DNA of 64,000 nucleotides from an uncultured Verrucomicrobiota bacterium (GCA_964555645.1 CAZKTA010000002.1:226016-290015); one strand, 5' to 3'; numbered from the stretch's first letter, positions 49,301 to 58,183 are shown. The notes: generated by a model not told the origin, from the letters alone. A program made the numbers and translations.

Positions 49301-49417
49301 TGGGGGTGTAATCCAACCATCCTCTAGCGTGCCGCGCGCTTGCGCTACGGCTGCCGAAATTGCGCAAAACAGCATTAAACTGAGTAATCCACCTTGCTTC
49401 ATCACCCTGAGTTCCAT
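46313..49417 (-). CDS. Large secreted glycoside hydrolase-like protein (GH106/GH2-like architecture)
   Basis: The 1034 aa product has a signal peptide and WAYWWWLNGNVT near the N-terminus, as I recall from the large 'glycosyl hydrolase' family common in Bacteroidota and Verrucomicrobiota. The C-terminal region looks like a galactose-binding fold. The exact family is not determinable by eye. Confidence 0.65.
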   Translation of the reverse strand: MELRVMKQGGLLSLMLFCAISAAVAQARGTLEDGWITPPHDARLWAYWWWLNGNVTEAAVTRDLQEMKAVGFGGAVIMDAGGADQRGNARVQAGPVFGSPAWRKLFKHALAEAERLGLELSLNIQSGWNLGGPSVAPADAVKKLTWAELVLTGPTNAEVELPLPPVNDAFYRDVCVLAWRVRSDLSQDRRRLRNYEVKALLKQPVFNGPHGWFLANSAPCTAPFLLEEEPNRPGEHDARVEDVVDLTERVSSDGTLRWAVPPGEWQLIRFGYTLGDWRHVSTSSDGWKGYALDVLDEGAFGRYWKTVVEPLLEEARLWVGRTLKYLHTDSWEIEVFNWTPTLPEAFRQRRGYDLKPWLPVVAGRIINSRQESQRFLEDFRRTLGDLAAENHYRVFSRLAAAYGLGIHPESGGPHFVPIDAQQCLGINDIPMAEFWARSHTHRTIDEVRFFVKQPASAAHTTGKRIVAAEGFTTIGQHWQETIWDNLKPSFDQALCEGLNRLVWHAVVCSPDEMGMPGQQYFAGTHFNPNTTWWPKSRPFLTYINRCQFMLQQGQFVADVCYYYGDHVPNFAQLKRSDPAKVLPGFDYDVICAEALIERMSVSDGRLVLPDGMSYRLLVLPEYEQISLRVLRKIRELVAAGATVLGRKPMRASGLQDYPAADSEVVAMSAELWGDLDGKTKFERRYGTGRVVWGRTAREQLLADGLTPDFECIEPSSAPLDYIHRRAGDVDIYFVANLSTNYVNAICAFRVTGKAPELWVPDIGQSRTCARFDVDERRTFVPLQLEPYGSLFVVFRNAVGDRITRANLNGRSLFCVAGAVEFADAVELVRESGGLVLQTRMAGTYVFENSRGQRAQVTVRVLLDPIALSDGWILHAPTDPRGQGKPRQVYLAKLKSWTEFDDLNLKYFSGTLEYSKQFNLRKESFGADRRFWLELGDVRELAEVELNGKNLGILWKPPFRVDVTEAVKPGENKLIVRVTNFWPNRIIGDQFQPPERRVTRTNIRQLTRNTPLMRSGLFGPVKLYATATNVVQFKP

Positions 49418-49504
49418 TCAAACTTTCGATCACTAATAGGTTCGCACAAAGGATCGGCTAACAAACTTTGCCTACAACCCGAGGATTTCAGTGCGTGGCT
49501 AATC

Positions 49505-52500
49505 CTACGGTACACGAACAGCGTAGAAACGGCATAGCACATCACCAGCGAGTGTGTTGGTCCAGGTGAAACTGCCCGCGGAATCGCACCGACCAGTCCC
49601 AGCTGGTTGCCATTCGGCCAGCGGCACCAGCAGGTTCGTATGCGTAAGCACAGTAAATGGCGCCCCTGCAGCCCCAACGCGTCCGCTTAACACAATGGCA
49701 CCCGCTTGCAGTTCAACCGATGTAATTGCAGGGTGCACCGCGCCAAGCGCAACTGTTATAACCCCATCGCTGTTTAACCGTGACACATCCCATACCAATC
49801 CTTGTCCCGGCTCAGCCGGTCGCACCGCGGCAAAACTGCCGACGTACGAACCAGCACGGAGCAACCGAAACGTATCCCCATAATGCAATGGTTCGCCGCT
49901 ATTTACCAGCTCCAGTGTGCCTCCGAGCACTGCCGTAGTTATCCCGGTTACGATATCGTTTGTGGCTAGGCCGTTGGCCCGGATAAGCTTTATGCGTACC
50001 GTACCATGGTTTGTGAGCGCGCCGTTTACGGTTAGCACCCCCGGATCACCTCGCACCGCGATAGATGCGCCGGGCGCAAGCCAAACCGGCGCGTTAATGG
50101 TTCCTTGACCGGTGAGAACCCCGTAAACCCGGACGCACCTGCCTGTAATCACGCCGCTAACCTCCAATGAACCCGCGTGCACCACAGTCTCACCCGTATA
50201 GGTGTTTGTACCTGCCAAAACGAGATTGCCAGGGCCAAACATTCCCACACTGATTTGCACACCATTCGGCGCAGCGACAATTGGCCCGGCTATAACCAAC
50301 TCGCCTGCACCTATAAAACTCCAGGCGCGTGCTGTAGTATAAGTGCCCACGTACTGTAGTGGCCCTGCAATGGTAAGCACGCCCGAGTCACACCGTATGA
50401 CCACATTCGACCCGCCCACCTGCATTTCAACACCCCGCGCTACCACGTTACTGCCAGCCAAGTTTTGCAGGTTCGGGATCATGTTGTTCCTGCAAGCAAA
50501 AGTCATTAGTTGCGTCAACACTATCCCACCCGCTGTGCCATCTAGCTGAAGCGTCGACCCGTTCAGTGACCCCGTATTGTTTCTAATGACAAACTGCCGC
50601 GCTGCGCCTGCTGCACCCGGATGCGCAATGCACACGGCACCGTCACCCAACCCGCCTGTGCTGCCCGCATCCAAATTCACCGTGCCCGAAATCGTGTTTG
50701 TCCCAATTAAAACGAGCCTGCCAGGCCCGAGCTTGGTGAATCCGTTTGCTCCCCCAACAGGCACAGCTACAGTCACCGAATTATTTGTCACAAGAATGTA
50801 CGGCGCCGACCCGCCAAGCGTGAGTACACCCTCGTTTGTGGGGTACAAAAGCCAATTCTGTCCACCGGACACATCACCAAAAATCAAGCCACCGATGACC
50901 TTGGGCGAATCTACCCACACCGTGCGGTCAGCCGTAATATTTACCTTTGAAAAATCCGCTGTGAACCCCGCTCCATCAGCAACTACGCCCGACACCCAGT
51001 TCGCACTGCTGCTCCAAAGCCCGTTTGCGTCAACAGCCCAGACACCATTGCCTGAGCCGAGCGAACCAAAAAGCTGCTGCGGCGCCGCGTCAGCGCCAGG
51101 AAAGGTTAAAACCACCATTTGCCCGTTCGTTTGCCAACTGATCTGCGCAGCCAGCGCGGCCGTCTGCGCCGCGTTCTTGTTTAGGAACCAAACTGCGTAC
51201 CGTGGCCCCAGCCAATAGGACTGCGGATTCGGGTGAAAACAAAGCGTGTCTTGCATCACATGCAAGGTACTGTCGTAACCGCTCGCAGCCCGATACCTGA
51301 AATAGCCAGACGGACCCGCCGCAATGCCGTACCGCCCCGCAACGCAAACCCACCGATTTGTCATGTTCACACGTGTACCCGAGCCTGCCAAAATGTTTGT
51401 GCTCCCAACACCCCACTCCACAAGCCGGCTCGAACCAGTGAGCGGATCGTTCTGGAACCCATTAGTGAAACAGCCCGCTGTCGAGCCGGTCACGCCCGGC
51501 GCGGGTAACGGCACCTCGATAATCCCGACTGACTCGCCAGTGCTTCTAATGTAAACACGCGTTTGGCCATTGGTCCCGTTGCTCACAAGTATCTCAGAAT
51601 AAAACCCGTCCGGGTACTGCACGAAATTTACCAGTGACGCAGCAGTGGCACGGCCCATTGGGCCATGCCCAAAAATCCCACCCAAAAACGGGCTGCTCAC
51701 AAACACGTTGGTGGGGAACCCAGTTGACGCAGGCTCGATCCAGCCCATTGGCCGCGAACTCTGATAGTAAACGCTAACAAAACCAGCCTCGCTACGCTGC
51801 GCAATCAATTTCACATCCGGAAAATGCACAACTGCATTCTCAGGAAGTTCTACTGCGTCCGACAGCTTATTCGCGCTGGCCCAGTGTAAGTACACGATTG
51901 CAGCACGACGCGCTTCCACAGCCTCGCGGTAAAACCCATTCGGCACGCGTGGCCCGCAAAACCTCCCATCACCCCATACCTTCTGCTGCTCGCGCACTAA
52001 TTGCCCCAGCCGGAAATCCGCATACCGCGCCAATGGATCACCGAAATGCGATGCTATCCAGGCCAGATACGAGCTATGTTCGTAGTCGTGGAGTGTCCAA
52101 GTCGAGCTCGACGGGTACGCCAGCTCACCCGTTTCCATCACCATGTACCGCAAGTTGTTGCTCCACACGTTCAGGATGTTGTATTCAGCAAAAGGCCGGA
52201 GCTCAGTTGCCACACCTCTGTCAGCAAGCTGCGCCATCAAAAGCGAATCGCCAGACGACATCCCACCAACCATCAGGTAGGTCGGATGGTAAATACCATG
52301 ATTCTCGCAACCCCAGTCCGGGTACAACGTCTGTGTCGTAACCCATGCGTCCAGCGGATTCCCAGTCGGAAACGGCACTGTGTATGTGTTCACAAGGTAT
52401 CGCTTGGCCGCATCGAGCCACAGTTGCCAATTAGTATGTGCTTTGAGCCATGCTGCAGCCAGCGCTAGGATGTTTCCCTGCCACGCGTTCTCCTCGAGTT

Positions 52501-53050
52501 TAGTGTCGCTTACGTATCCTGAAGCCGGTGTGATACCAGCTCGATGCGTAGCTTCATCAGCTACAACGGTCTTAACTGCTGCAACTGTTGCCGGCGGCAG
52601 CGCTGACTCCACTAATAGACACGCCAAGCCCATCGAGCCTGCCCACTCCGGCGTTTGCCAGTCATTGATTCGCCATCCCCACTGCTTCCCATCCACGCAC
52701 AAGTAATTGCTTGTGGTGTGTGTGCCGGCCGCGTAATTGAGCGCTTTACGAATCCGCATTAACCGATGCGTGTTCGTCGGATCCGCCGGCTGGGCTAATA
52801 CAAGTGTGGCGTATGCGACTGCCACACCACAATTGCCACGAATACCACCGTTACCAGAGCTAGCGCCATCGCCCCAATACCCCGAATCCGGCGGTTGTGC
52901 ACCACCCGTGCAGTCAGTCCAAATGGTTTCAGCGTACCGCTCGAAGTCAAGCAACGCCTCCAGATAAAGCTGTTGCGAGTTCGTGCTCGCAAATGCTGCA
53001 CTGGTCAATGCACTCAGTAAAAACGCGGCCAACGCAGCCCTAGATCTCAT
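49505..53050 (-). CDS. Giant exported protein: N-terminal ~520 aa domain of unknown function plus autotransporter-associated beta-strand repeats plus C-terminal beta-sandwich tail
   Basis: The ORF is 49505..53122; the signal-peptide start MRSRAALAAFLLSALTSAAFA is at 53050. It has repeated modules such as LTLGGSAPYILVTNNSVTVAVPVGGANGFTKLGPGRLVLIGTNTISGTVNLDAGS and NLVLAGTNTYTGETVVHAGSLEV. It ends in CRFYAVRVP. Confidence 0.8.
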   Translation of the reverse strand: MRSRAALAAFLLSALTSAAFASTNSQQLYLEALLDFERYAETIWTDCTGGAQPPDSGYWGDGASSGNGGIRGNCGVAVAYATLVLAQPADPTNTHRLMRIRKALNYAAGTHTTSNYLCVDGKQWGWRINDWQTPEWAGSMGLACLLVESALPPATVAAVKTVVADEATHRAGITPASGYVSDTKLEENAWQGNILALAAAWLKAHTNWQLWLDAAKRYLVNTYTVPFPTGNPLDAWVTTQTLYPDWGCENHGIYHPTYLMVGGMSSGDSLLMAQLADRGVATELRPFAEYNILNVWSNNLRYMVMETGELAYPSSSTWTLHDYEHSSYLAWIASHFGDPLARYADFRLGQLVREQQKVWGDGRFCGPRVPNGFYREAVEARRAAIVYLHWASANKLSDAVELPENAVVHFPDVKLIAQRSEAGFVSVYYQSSRPMGWIEPASTGFPTNVFVSSPFLGGIFGHGPMGRATAASLVNFVQYPDGFYSEILVSNGTNGQTRVYIRSTGESVGIIEVPLPAPGVTGSTAGCFTNGFQNDPLTGSSRLVEWGVGSTNILAGSGTRVNMTNRWVCVAGRYGIAAGPSGYFRYRAASGYDSTLHVMQDTLCFHPNPQSYWLGPRYAVWFLNKNAAQTAALAAQISWQTNGQMVVLTFPGADAAPQQLFGSLGSGNGVWAVDANGLWSSSANWVSGVVADGAGFTADFSKVNITADRTVWVDSPKVIGGLIFGDVSGGQNWLLYPTNEGVLTLGGSAPYILVTNNSVTVAVPVGGANGFTKLGPGRLVLIGTNTISGTVNLDAGSTGGLGDGAVCIAHPGAAGAARQFVIRNNTGSLNGSTLQLDGTAGGIVLTQLMTFACRNNMIPNLQNLAGSNVVARGVEMQVGGSNVVIRCDSGVLTIAGPLQYVGTYTTARAWSFIGAGELVIAGPIVAAPNGVQISVGMFGPGNLVLAGTNTYTGETVVHAGSLEVSGVITGRCVRVYGVLTGQGTINAPVWLAPGASIAVRGDPGVLTVNGALTNHGTVRIKLIRANGLATNDIVTGITTAVLGGTLELVNSGEPLHYGDTFRLLRAGSYVGSFAAVRPAEPGQGLVWDVSRLNSDGVITVALGAVHPAITSVELQAGAIVLSGRVGAAGAPFTVLTHTNLLVPLAEWQPAGTGRCDSAGSFTWTNTLAGDVLCRFYAVRVP

Positions 53051-53271
53051 ACCTGCTCGTAAAATGCCGCTGAGCCACAACCAGCCGAGTTGGCCCCAGC
53101 TTTCGTCCAATGGCCAATACATCGGCGGAATACCCCCTTATTGGCCAACTGCTCCACTCGCACGTGCAGCTTGGCAGCATAACCAAATGCTCTTCTGAAG
53201 CAAGAAGCAGGGCGGCGCACCCGCACGCACGTAGGTCAAACCAGGTGGGACTAACAGGTTCAGCTTTCACA

Positions 53272-54123
53272 CTACCGCCGCTCAGTTGCACGCCGCAACG
53301 CATTGCGCTGTGGTTCGAGTTCACCCAAGTCTTCTTGCGCAAAATACAGCTCGCGCGCGGCCAGGCTCCAACTGTGCAAAAAGTACATCTCGGTAAGTCT
53401 GACCCACCAGACCGAACCGTCAACAAAAACCTCGTTGGCACCTGCAGGCTGGCCAGTTTTACCCCTGTGCGCAGGTAAACTCGTAAACCCGCTCGGCGGT
53501 ACGTCTGCTGGCGTACTACCCCATCCTTCAGGATTTCGCCAGATCACAAAATCCGCCGCAAGCATCCAGTGCGGTTTCGAGTTACCAAGAACCACCGGAC
53601 TACGTGAAGGCACACCATTTGGCTTCACGTTGTTGAACCAGTAGGTCACGCCCCCATAGTACTGGTAGCCTATGCCCCATTGGTTGTATTGGGGATTAAG
53701 AGCAGGTAAATACGGACGGTTCGGACAAGTCCAGTAATTATTTTGCAAGTTCGCCTTCACCGGCAGGCCGACACTTGCCCAAGCCGATGGCATCAGGTTT
53801 TGATCAAGCGCAATAGGCTGAAAAACAGGTGGCGGCCCTGGGCTGTTTATGTACGCCGCCAACAAACGGTCACTGTTATCGCCGGCGTACATGATGCTGG
53901 CAGTTGCAATCTGCCGCAGATTGCTCATGCACTGGGTGCGTTTTGCGCGTTCCTTGGCCAAAGACAAAGCCGGCAGCAATAACGCCGCCAAAATCGCTAT
54001 AATGGCTATTACCACAAGTAACTCAATCAACGTAAATCCGCCCCATGGTGAATACGCACCGGGAACAGATTCCATGCATGACACACGTGACAAACTGTCA
54101 ATTGGCTGTTTCTGCCTACTCAT
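53272..54123 (-). CDS. Prepilin-type N-terminal cleavage/methylation domain protein (DUF1559-like pseudopilin)
   Basis: It has [44 protein letters not shown] and the C-terminal box [14 protein letters not shown]. Confidence 0.88.
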   Translation of the reverse strand: MSRQKQPIDSLSRVSCMESVPGAYSPWGGFTLIELLVVIAIIAILAALLLPALSLAKERAKRTQCMSNLRQIATASIMYAGDNSDRLLAAYINSPGPPPVFQPIALDQNLMPSAWASVGLPVKANLQNNYWTCPNRPYLPALNPQYNQWGIGYQYYGGVTYWFNNVKPNGVPSRSPVVLGNSKPHWMLAADFVIWRNPEGWGSTPADVPPSGFTSLPAHRGKTGQPAGANEVFVDGSVWWVRLTEMYFLHSWSLAARELYFAQEDLGELEPQRNALRRATERR

Positions 54124-54229
54124 CTTTTCTCAGCTCACCGTCTCGGCCGCGCAACCACGCGCGACCTGTTCCAGCTCACACCATGTGCAAGCTCGACCGA
54201 TTAAAAGTATCCTACAACACACACCATAG

Positions 54230-54248
54230 CTATCACCCAATCGGGTGA
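54230..54248 (-). promoter_or_regulatory. Palindromic motif copy 1 (coding strand TCACCCGATTGGGTGATAG)
   Basis: It lies 110 nt upstream of the ATG at 54123 and downstream of the terminator at 54307..54347. Confidence 0.55.
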
Positions 54249-54306
54249 CCCCGCAGCCTAATGCAGTTTGCACACCGCGCGGTATTATCCACTAAACCGT
54301 CCCCAC

Positions 54307-54347
54307 AAAAACTGAATGCGCGTGAGACCGGCAAATCCCACGCGCAT
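54307..54347 (-). terminator. Rho-independent terminator of the PEP-CTERM gene
   Basis: On the minus strand ATGCGCGTG-N15-CACGCGCAT (a 9 bp stem) is followed by TCAGTTTTT. Confidence 0.6.
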
Positions 54348-54369
54348 CCGGGCAAAAGCTGTGCGTAAA

Positions 54370-55227
54370 TTACTTACGCCGACGCATATGGAACAATGCA
54401 GCCAGCCCACCTAAACCCATTAAAACAAATGCCCCTGGCTCAGGAATCATGGTGACCGTGAACCAATCCACATCCGCCCCTGGATTAGCACTTGCGTTTC
54501 TTTCATAACTAAGCCCGACACCGCGGATGCCACCTGTTCCCCCGGAAACAATAGTAGCATCGCGAATTGCAGCCGGTACGCTACCGGACCATGAAACGCT
54601 CTGGCCAAGGCTGTTCGTGATTAAGATTGTGCAGGTCCACGGGACCAAGGACGTGTCTAGCTCTGAGAGCATATAAATCGTCACCGATGGATTAATGTGA
54701 TCCCCGCTGATGGTAGTAGGGTTACCTGTTCCATACCCAACAAAAGCTTGCTGATCCCACGCGCCTGCACCGGGGTTGTTCCGGTTCAGTGCCCAAATAT
54801 ATCCGCTGTTGGAATGACGCACATACCACGCTGTGTCCGTCCATTGGTTAGCTGGGTTATTGACCGGATAAAGCGAAAAGAAGCCAGAAGCCAACCAGTT
54901 CGGATTGTTGTTAACAAACATGCTTTCGACTCTGTATATGCGCCCATCATAAATCGTAATTGGCAACCAAGCGGCCTGACCATTTGCAGAGCCGGCCACT
55001 ACAGTGTCCCAATGGCCGTCCTGATAAAACAAGTTGCCTGCTTGCCACGCAGCACCAGGTAAACTTATGTCCGGCACCTTGCCATTAAGAAGGTCGCTCC
55101 TAGAACCGCTGAAGCTTTCGTAGTAAACCGTGGTCCATTGTGCGTTTGCGGTTGCCAGGCTCAAACAAATTGCGCTTAGCGCAACGCCGATTGATCCGAG
55201 TACCCTTGTGCTGGTTTTCGATTTCAT
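54370..55227 (-). CDS. PEP-CTERM sorting-domain protein
   Basis: The signal peptide MKSKTSTRVLGSIGVALSAICLSLATANA starts at the ATG at 55227; the ORF track begins at the GTG at 55254. The C-terminus is IPEPGAFVLMGLGGLAALFHMRRRK, i.e. PEP motif, transmembrane helix and basic tail. Confidence 0.88.
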   Translation of the reverse strand: MKSKTSTRVLGSIGVALSAICLSLATANAQWTTVYYESFSGSRSDLLNGKVPDISLPGAAWQAGNLFYQDGHWDTVVAGSANGQAAWLPITIYDGRIYRVESMFVNNNPNWLASGFFSLYPVNNPANQWTDTAWYVRHSNSGYIWALNRNNPGAGAWDQQAFVGYGTGNPTTISGDHINPSVTIYMLSELDTSLVPWTCTILITNSLGQSVSWSGSVPAAIRDATIVSGGTGGIRGVGLSYERNASANPGADVDWFTVTMIPEPGAFVLMGLGGLAALFHMRRRK

Positions 55228-55348
55228 AGTATTGCTTTTTTGGTTAAAAATCACAACAGTTTAGCGCGCCATTTGCACTTTGTGGCCTCGTACGGCTTTT
55301 GTCAGTAAACAAGGTTCAATTTCAATCATATGAATTTAGGCACGTTTG

Positions 55349-55371
55349 TCTATCACCCAATCGGGTGATAG
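55349..55371 (-). promoter_or_regulatory. Palindromic motif copy 2 (coding strand TATCACCCGATTGGGTGATAGA)
   Basis: It has an 8 bp arm palindrome and lies about 100-125 nt upstream of the PEP-CTERM gene start. Confidence 0.55.
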
Positions 55372-55490
55372 GCCATTCCCGGGCTTAGCTCGGCTATTGA
55401 TGCTTCTGGCTTAGGCGCGCGCCGCCAGCAGGACCCAGTTTTTCCCAAGCATTAATCCACTGTTTTGCTGACATTTAATACCGGTACCCC

Positions 55491-58079
55491 TTAAGGCACG
55501 CGCACAGTGTAAAACTTCACTGGTGTGCCCGGGACAACTGGGTTTGTGAGCGTGAACGCCCCTGCCCCGTCAAAGTTGCCAGTGCGTTCGACCGTCCAGT
55601 TGGCTAGCGGCAACGCCAAGTTGGTCGAAGACAGTACAGTAAATGTCGCCCAAGGACCACCACCAGTGCCACTGAACACAAGGTTCGTGCCGACCAAAGC
55701 ACCGCCGGTTAGTGTCGGGGCCCGCAATGGACTAACCCACACGGTTACATACCCCACGGTTGACTCAATCCCGTCAGCTATTGTGTAGGTGAATTGGTCT
55801 GTGCCAACGTAGCCTTCAGGTGGAGTGAAGGTGAGAATCGCACCACTCTGAGTAAGGCTCACCGAGTTGGTTGTGACCATATCGAAACCTGCCAATGACA
55901 GTGCATCCCCGTCTGGATCAATTGCGCTGCTAAACGCTACCCCAAGGTCGAAGTTGAGGATTTGGTTTGTGTAAATGCCATAGTTGTAATTAGCAACTAT
56001 CGGTGGCCTGTTGGTGGTGAGCAACGTCAGTGTTGCTACTTGGCTAGTGACCGAACCGGATTCATTGCTGACGATGACCCTGAAGCTTGTTGGTTGCACG
56101 CCCGTTGTAGGATTGACAAACCTCAGCACGCGATTAGTGGCGCCTGGTATCGGCGCGCCATCGCCAAGCCATTGGTATGACAACGGCGGCCGGCCCATGG
56201 CTACGACCGAGAATGTGGCGACACTGCCCACGCCATAGTTTGCATCGCGCACTGTCTGGTTAGCTGGCTGCTGTAGTATGACCGGCAAGCCCGGTGGCAG
56301 TGCATAGCCAATGTTCTTGGTAACCTCGACTCGAACTGCGGCAGCCGCGTTGATGCCACCCGGACTGATAAAGTCAGTCACAAAATCCAAAGTGTTAATG
56401 CCAGGCACGAACCCGTTGGTAATGACGAATCCAAACCGAATATTGGGCGTGTTGGTTGTCGTAGTAAAGTTACCCGTTGGTCGGCCGTTCAACAAGATTT
56501 CAACGCCACGACTTTGCACCCACCAACCACCCTCGATTCGGGCCGGTTGCGAAAGGTCAATGCAGTCGGCAACGAATCTGGTTCGGTAAACGTACCTGCC
56601 GCTGTCGGATGTATATGGATTAATCGTTGGGCCGATCCACTGAGATTTGCCGTCCGGATTGGCAAACATGCCGCCCCCGCCAACGAGTGCTATCGGGTTT
56701 GCATACATGTTCCAAATAATTGCGTCCGGCCCCAGATAGTCAGGGTCACCGCTTACATACAGCGTGTATCGCAGGTCGGGGTTGCCTGCCCAGTTGGTAT
56801 CGCAAAAGCCAGTTGCATCCACCCCTGTGTGGTTCAGCTCAGCGAATTTTGCGCCGACGGTGATACGCGCAACTGCAGTTGTTGCGGCCCCTGCTACATT
56901 GGTTGCTATGAGTCGGTAATACCCCTCATGGGCAAATGTAACATGTGCAATTACCAGGTCGGCATTTGTTTGGCTAGACAGGTTGGCGAATTGTACGCCA
57001 GTGCCGCTATACTGCCACTGATAGCTGAGTGGTTCACTCCCGGAAATACCGGCCATAACCACCAGCGGTTCCCCATACGCAATAAAGGTGTCACTGGGAT
57101 CTTTTGTTACCACGGGTGGATAAACAACCGCTGCAGGCTTGAACGCCATGTTGGTCGGAGTGCGTGCAATCATGCTAACTCGGACCTCGTCAATGAAACC
57201 AACGAACCCCTCGCCGTTGCCAACACCACTGATCGAGCGCTGGCTGCCACCAACTGCAGGGGAAGGTGTCCCACCGATTGTGCCCGGCCCAACGATCGTG
57301 TTTGTTGCAAAAGCTGCCGCTTCGGTCCTGGCCGGGTCAAGCAAGGTCCAATAAAACACTAATACACCAGGTGTATCACCGTTGGTTGGATTATTACCCG
57401 TGTAAGTGACAGCCGCATGGTACCATTGGTTCGTGGTTGCGGCGTTTGGGCCCGCCGTAGGTAGAGCTGCAAGAAAGTTCCCACCGGTGCCACCCGCCGG
57501 TGAAATGAAATTGAAATTCATTTGAGGCGGGTTGCCAGTCTGGATTCGCCATTGCCAGCCGCGTGTTCCTACACCGCCATTGTTGTCGCCGCAAAACAGT
57601 TGCCAGTTAAGACCTGAGGTGAAAAGGTCTCCCGTAGGACACACCAACGCCTCAAATGTAAATGCCCCGCTCTCGGGATTAATAAAATTGACCGGCGCTA
57701 CCAAAGGCGTCGAGGCCGCCATGGCAAACGCTCTCGTAGCGGGTGACCCACCACCTGGCAGGATCCTAAGACAATTCGACAAGCCCGCCGGTAAACTTGG
57801 TACTGGCGCCGTGTTAAAAATGTTCGTGAACGGCGGCACACCGCTTGGCAACCCCAGATTTGTCATGGTGAGCGGTGTGCCAAGGCCTTCGTCAGGCGTG
57901 ATGTAATAGTTGTTAACCAGATTAGTGCTATTAAACCGCCACAAATGCAACGTGTGTTCGTCTGCCACAAATGGCAGTGCAAAATCTGCTAGTGCATTCC
58001 GTTGGCAAAACAGCATCGCCACACACATAGCAACAACAATCGTAGTTACCTTCGTTTCTGCGAGGTTTTTGCAGCGCAT
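55491..58079 (-). CDS. Exported LamG-like plus Ig-like/cadherin-like repeat protein with C-terminal beta-sandwich tail
   Basis: The 862 aa product has an N-terminal signal/transmembrane segment and a LamG-like region (LHLWRFNS..., GFIDEVRVS). It has Ig-like repeats with PLSYQWQ and PLSYQWL, and a cadherin-like DPDGDALS. It ends in VKFYTVRVP. Confidence 0.8.
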   Translation of the reverse strand: MRCKNLAETKVTTIVVAMCVAMLFCQRNALADFALPFVADEHTLHLWRFNSTNLVNNYYITPDEGLGTPLTMTNLGLPSGVPPFTNIFNTAPVPSLPAGLSNCLRILPGGGSPATRAFAMAASTPLVAPVNFINPESGAFTFEALVCPTGDLFTSGLNWQLFCGDNNGGVGTRGWQWRIQTGNPPQMNFNFISPAGGTGGNFLAALPTAGPNAATTNQWYHAAVTYTGNNPTNGDTPGVLVFYWTLLDPARTEAAAFATNTIVGPGTIGGTPSPAVGGSQRSISGVGNGEGFVGFIDEVRVSMIARTPTNMAFKPAAVVYPPVVTKDPSDTFIAYGEPLVVMAGISGSEPLSYQWQYSGTGVQFANLSSQTNADLVIAHVTFAHEGYYRLIATNVAGAATTAVARITVGAKFAELNHTGVDATGFCDTNWAGNPDLRYTLYVSGDPDYLGPDAIIWNMYANPIALVGGGGMFANPDGKSQWIGPTINPYTSDSGRYVYRTRFVADCIDLSQPARIEGGWWVQSRGVEILLNGRPTGNFTTTTNTPNIRFGFVITNGFVPGINTLDFVTDFISPGGINAAAAVRVEVTKNIGYALPPGLPVILQQPANQTVRDANYGVGSVATFSVVAMGRPPLSYQWLGDGAPIPGATNRVLRFVNPTTGVQPTSFRVIVSNESGSVTSQVATLTLLTTNRPPIVANYNYGIYTNQILNFDLGVAFSSAIDPDGDALSLAGFDMVTTNSVSLTQSGAILTFTPPEGYVGTDQFTYTIADGIESTVGYVTVWVSPLRAPTLTGGALVGTNLVFSGTGGGPWATFTVLSSTNLALPLANWTVERTGNFDGAGAFTLTNPVVPGTPVKFYTVRVP

Positions 58080-58163
58080 AGGCTCTTAGGTTCTTTACGC
58101 GTTTAAGGTTCGCCTTTTATTTGCTCTCAGCGTGCAAAACATACCCGTCTGCACCAGGATTCG

Positions 58164-58183
58164 TCTATCACCCGATCGGGTGA
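58164..58183 (-). promoter_or_regulatory. Palindromic motif copy 3 (coding strand TCACCCGATCGGGTGATAGA)
   Basis: It has a perfect 16 bp palindrome and lies 89 nt upstream of the ATG at 58079. Confidence 0.55.
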
